64,000 nt of DNA, taken from positions 11,526 to 75,525 of the forward strand of contig CANRDL010000003.1 in the NCBI GenBank assembly GCA_947629405.1, written 5' to 3'. Below are positions 60,318 to 64,000 of this stretch, piece after piece. The stretch's first letter is position 1. Each line of letters starts with the position of its first letter. A model generated the notes under the pieces. The model saw only the letters and a list, made by a program, of their open reading frames with translations. It was not told where the DNA came from and made no database searches. Position numbers and translations under genes: made by a program. Source of the stretch: an uncultured Bacilli bacterium (GTDB lineage: Bacteria; Bacillota_I; Bacilli_A; RF39; UBA660).

Positions 60318-62372
60318 ATGAAAAAATCAAAGAAAAAATTTATTATAATAGTTTTAGTTATAGTTATAGTAGGATTAATTTTTGGAGGAACAGTTTATTT
60401 TTTTAGAGATAAAGATAAAATAAATTTCAACGAAAAAAATTGGATTAATTCTAATAGTAAAAATTTATATAATGTTAATGTTATTAATAATATTTCCATA
60501 TTTGGTGATAATGGCGAAGGTGTATTTTATTCTTTTTTACAAGATTTCTCTAAAGAAACATCAATTGAAGTAAATCCAGTTGTTGTTAATACTAAAAAAA
60601 ATGATGCTGATTTATCTTTTAATATAACTAAATATATCCCTGCTAATAGTTTAGTTTTTTATAAAGATCATTATGTTCTTTTATCTAACAAAAATAATGT
60701 TATAACTAGTAGTGATAATCTTACTAATAAAAAAGTTGGAGTTATAAAATCCGATTTAGATTATGTTTCTAAAAGAATCACTAATGAACATATCAACTAT
60801 GTTACTTATAAAAATAAAGAAGAATTACTTGAATCATTTAATTCAAATGATAAAGAAAAACAAATAAATTATATTATTGTACCTTTAAATGAATATATTG
60901 ATGAAATTTTATCTCAAGATTTAAATATAGCTTATCATTTTGGTGATATTAAAAAATATTATACTTTAAAGCTAAGTGGCGATAGAACATTCTCATCAAT
61001 AATTACAAAATTTTATAATAAATGGATGAATTCAGATTTTAAAAATTATTATAACGAATATAATAAAGCGTTATTTTTAGATAATTTAAATATAGAAAGT
61101 AAAGATATAGATTTACTTACTAAAAAAACTTATAATTATGGATTTATAAAGAATTCGCCATATGAATTAATAAAAGGCGGAAACTATGGCGGAATCGTAT
61201 CGGAATATTTAAAAGATTTCAATGATTTTAGTGGTGTAGACTTTAGATATAATGAATATAAAAATCAGAAAAATTTGGAAAAAACAATTAATAATGGTCA
61301 AATAGATTTATATTTTAATTATTATACTACCCCAAATAATTATGAAAATTTAGATAGTTTATTTAATATAAGTTATGTTATTATTGCCCCAAAATCAAAT
61401 TTTGAAGTAATTAATAGTATTTCTTCTTTAAATTCTAAACAAGTATATGTTTTAAAAAATAGTATATTAGAACAGATGTTAAATAAACAAAAAAATATAA
61501 CAGTTAAAACATATGAAAAAGAAAAAGAATTATTAAAACTAAATAAAAAGGATGCAATTATTTGTTTAGATAAAAATACATATAACTATTATGCTAATAA
61601 ATTAAATAAATATTCTGTTAGATATGAAGATGTAATTGCTCAAAAGTATACCTTTAAATTAAATGGCGATGCCACATTATATAAATTAATGAATAGTTAT
61701 TTTAAAACTTTAGATCCAAAAGTAATGACTTTAAAAGGGGTAAATAACTATGAAGAAACTTATAAAAAAGGTACTTTACTTTCTCATATTGCTCAATATC
61801 TATTATATATTTTAATATTTATTTTCATTGTATTTATAATACTTTATAAATTTAGTAAAAAAGTAAAAATTCAAAAGAAAATAAAAAAAGAAGACAAAAT
61901 AAGATTTATCGATGAATTGACTTCTTTAAAAAATAGGAATTATTTAAATGAAAATATTGCGGAATGGGATAAGAATACGATTTATCCACAGACTATAATA
62001 ATTATTGATTTAAATGGTGTTAAAGATTTAAATGATAAGTATGGTCATACAGAAGGCGATAAACAAATTCAAGCTGCTGCCAATATTTTAATTAAAACCC
62101 AACTTGATAATTCTGATATTATAAGAAGTGATGGAAATGAATTTATTATATATTTAGTTGGTTATTCTGAAAGACAAGTGGCAAGTTATATTAGGAAACT
62201 TTATAAAGAATTTAAAACTCTTCCTTATGAAAATGGCGCTTCAATGGGATATAGCATGATTATGGATGATCTAAAATTAATAGATGATGCCATTAATGAG
62301 GCAACAATTGATATGAAAAAGAAAAAGGAATCAGTAGAGGAAAAAAAGGATGAAAAGGATAAGAAAAATTAG
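60318..62372 (+). CDS. Membrane protein with tandem solute-binding-like extracytoplasmic domains and a C-terminal GGDEF domain carrying a degenerate signature (SDGNEF)
   Basis: TM1, a ~440-aa external region, TM2, then DLNGVKDLNDKYGHTEGDKQI...IRSDGNEFIIYL. Confidence 0.8.
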   Translation: MKKSKKKFIIIVLVIVIVGLIFGGTVYFFRDKDKINFNEKNWINSNSKNLYNVNVINNISIFGDNGEGVFYSFLQDFSKETSIEVNPVVVNTKKNDADLSFNITKYIPANSLVFYKDHYVLLSNKNNVITSSDNLTNKKVGVIKSDLDYVSKRITNEHINYVTYKNKEELLESFNSNDKEKQINYIIVPLNEYIDEILSQDLNIAYHFGDIKKYYTLKLSGDRTFSSIITKFYNKWMNSDFKNYYNEYNKALFLDNLNIESKDIDLLTKKTYNYGFIKNSPYELIKGGNYGGIVSEYLKDFNDFSGVDFRYNEYKNQKNLEKTINNGQIDLYFNYYTTPNNYENLDSLFNISYVIIAPKSNFEVINSISSLNSKQVYVLKNSILEQMLNKQKNITVKTYEKEKELLKLNKKDAIICLDKNTYNYYANKLNKYSVRYEDVIAQKYTFKLNGDATLYKLMNSYFKTLDPKVMTLKGVNNYEETYKKGTLLSHIAQYLLYILIFIFIVFIILYKFSKKVKIQKKIKKEDKIRFIDELTSLKNRNYLNENIAEWDKNTIYPQTIIIIDLNGVKDLNDKYGHTEGDKQIQAAANILIKTQLDNSDIIRSDGNEFIIYLVGYSERQVASYIRKLYKEFKTLPYENGASMGYSMIMDDLKLIDDAINEATIDMKKKKESVEEKKDEKDKKN

Positions 62373-63216
62373 AAAAAGATTTAATATATTTTTAAAAAAA
62401 ATATTTTCAGTATTAAATATGCCAGAAATGTTAACTTTACCTGGTCAATTAGCTTTCTTCTTTGTGCTTTCCATTGTTCCAATTATTACTTTAATTGCCT
62501 ATGGTGCTTCATTTTTGAATGTTTCATTATCATTTATGGAAAACTTTATTGCTAAAGCGTTTTCAGCTGATGTAGCAACTTTAATAACACCAATGCTTAC
62601 AAGTAATAATTTGAACTTTCATATGATTATATTTTTAATAATAGCATTCTTCATCGCTTCCAATGGGGCATCATCTGTAATAGTAGCTTCTAATGCTTTA
62701 TATGGAGTGCCCAATTCTGGTTATATTAAAAGAAAAATAAGAGCAGTATTAATAACAATATTATTAGTATTTCTTCTTTTATTTATGATTTTAGTTCCAG
62801 CTTTTGGTAATACGATAATTAGAGTATTTAAATATGTTAATTTAAATCAAAATGTAACAGAAAGAATAGCTTGGGTAATTACTGTTTTAAAAGGACCTTT
62901 TTCATGGTTATTTATGTTTATAATAATTAAAACAATTTACACAATTGCTCCCGAAAAAAAAGTGGAATCTGCTAATGTAAATTATGGGGCAGTATTTACT
63001 ACAATATTATGGACAATTACGACAGTAATATATTCTTTATATACTACGCATTTTGCTAATTATAAATTATTTTATGCTGGTTTATCTAATGTCATAGTAC
63101 TCATGTTATGGATTTATTTACTAGCTATTATATTTGTTTGGGGCATGGCTCTTAATATTAAGCAAGAGTCGATAAAATTGGAAAAAACTTCCCAAATAAA
63201 AACAAATGTAAAGTAA
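62350..63216 (+). CDS. YihY/BrkB-family membrane protein
   Basis: LTLPGQLAFFFVLSIVPIITL and 6 TM segments. The start overlaps the upstream gene; it could be an internal ATG instead. Confidence 0.7.
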   Translation: MKRIRKIRKRFNIFLKKIFSVLNMPEMLTLPGQLAFFFVLSIVPIITLIAYGASFLNVSLSFMENFIAKAFSADVATLITPMLTSNNLNFHMIIFLIIAFFIASNGASSVIVASNALYGVPNSGYIKRKIRAVLITILLVFLLLFMILVPAFGNTIIRVFKYVNLNQNVTERIAWVITVLKGPFSWLFMFIIIKTIYTIAPEKKVESANVNYGAVFTTILWTITTVIYSLYTTHFANYKLFYAGLSNVIVLMLWIYLLAIIFVWGMALNIKQESIKLEKTSQIKTNVK

Positions 63217-63320
63217 ATAATATAAATAGGTGCACACAAGTATTACTTAGTGTACTTATTTCCTTTTTTGATATCAATCTAATATTAATTTATTAACGAT
63301 ATTAAAAAGTAGTACTTAAA

Positions 63321-63347
63321 AAGAAGAAATATTTTCTTCTTTTTTTG
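63321..63347 (+). terminator. Terminator
   Basis: AAGAAGAAA/TTTCTTCTT hairpin plus a T-run. Confidence 0.7.
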
Positions 63348-63435
63348 TTTTGTCATAAATAAGTATATTTAGAATAACATTTAATGTTGGCATAATCTCT
63401 AAATTGTATTAAAATTAATAAGAAAGGATAATAAA

Positions 63436-64000
63436 ATGAAAAATATTTTTAAAAGTTTAAAAAGATCATGGAAAATGATTTTACTAATTATAATATTATT
63501 ACTAGGTCAGGCTATATGTGATTTATCACTACCTACTTATACATCAAAAATAATTAATATAGGTGTTCAGCAAGGTGGAATTGAGGAGAGTGTACCTAAA
63601 GTAATAAGAGAATCAAAAATGAAAGAAATTTTATTATTATCATCTAATAGTAAAGAAATAATAAAAAATTATACTTTAATATCAAATAAATCTAAAAATT
63701 ATAATGATTATTTAAAAGATTATAATATTTTAAAAAAAGAAAACATTTATGTTTTAAAAGATAATGTAAATGTTGATAAATTTTCTAAAAATTTTGACAA
63801 AGCTTTACTTGTAAACACTATGTTAACAACTAAAGGTCAAGAAGGTAAAAAGATTCAGGAAAAAATTAAAAGTAATTTACCACCTATGTATCAAAATTAT
63901 GATATTTTAAAAATATTATCTTTAATGCCTAAAGAACAACTTAATCAATTTAAAAGTCAAATTGATAAACAATTTGCTAAATTTCCCGATTCTATAATTA
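63436..64000 (+). CDS. ABC exporter (fused TMD-NBD type), N-terminal fragment running off the window
   Basis: RBS AAAGGA. MKNIFKSLKRSWKMILLIIILLLGQAICDLSLPTYTSKIINIGVQQGG is a typical type-I exporter TM1 followed by a long first external loop. The frame is open to nt 64000. Confidence 0.6.
   Translation, partial: MKNIFKSLKRSWKMILLIIILLLGQAICDLSLPTYTSKIINIGVQQGGIEESVPKVIRESKMKEILLLSSNSKEIIKNYTLISNKSKNYNDYLKDYNILKKENIYVLKDNVNVDKFSKNFDKALLVNTMLTTKGQEGKKIQEKIKSNLPPMYQNYDILKILSLMPKEQLNQFKSQIDKQFAKFPDSII

Noticed and set aside
63217-63435. 220-nt intergenic region with two successive hairpins, considered as a possible sRNA or small ORF
   Set aside because: There is no convincing promoter-plus-terminator unit and no RBS-preceded ORF. 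The hairpins are adequately explained as tandem terminators for the YihY-family gene, and the promoter of the next gene follows.

Overview
This is a very AT-rich chromosome segment (by eye about a quarter to 30% GC) that uses the standard genetic code: TAA, TAG and TGA all terminate genes and Trp is TGG. It looks like a Bacillota genome, probably a spore-forming anaerobe of Clostridia or Erysipelotrichia type. The conserved backbone is rplA(partial)-rplJ-rplL with an L10-leader-like UTR, rlmN-stp-prkC-rsgA-rpe with convergent rpmB, dnaE, infC-rpmI-rplT with an L20-leader-like attenuator, a lone tRNA-Pro(UGG), an RluA-family synthase, and pcrA-(nucleotidyltransferase)-ligA. Accessory blocks lie between these. 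(1) At 2.4-7.2 kb is a run of orphan membrane-protein genes, including a tandem duplicate pair; four of them carry the same promoter/leader cassette. (2) At 7.3-12.5 kb is a surface or spore-coat style cluster: a TIGR01212-type radical SAM gene, a GT2+TPR glycosyltransferase, a BclA-like collagen-repeat protein and a large M23 peptidase. (3) At 12.7-14.8 kb are ttcA, a Cys-rich ORF split at an A9 tract, and an orphan gene. (4) At 14.9-23.2 kb is an envelope-stress block: a YtrA-type GntR+ABC module, a BceRS-BceAB-type module and a BcrR-like membrane-bound XRE regulator. (5) Next is a NitT/TauT-type ABC importer. (6) At 25.9-35.2 kb is a 9.3-kb gene for a 3086-aa ZmpB/IgA1-protease-like (M26, GLUG, HExxH) surface protease. 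Its N-terminus is a cohesin-like domain, a TM hairpin and a dockerin-like module, followed by seven two-domain repeats. I rate this the most unusual item in the window. (7) At 35.3-36.9 kb is a two-gene operon encoding a coiled-coil protein and a small helical-repeat protein. (8) At 45.1-50.0 kb are an HD-domain gene broken by one in-frame TAA, an adenylate-forming enzyme and a hybrid histidine kinase. I saw no rRNA, CRISPR array, transposase, integrase or phage genes. All family assignments come from motif recognition by eye and need HMM or BLAST confirmation.
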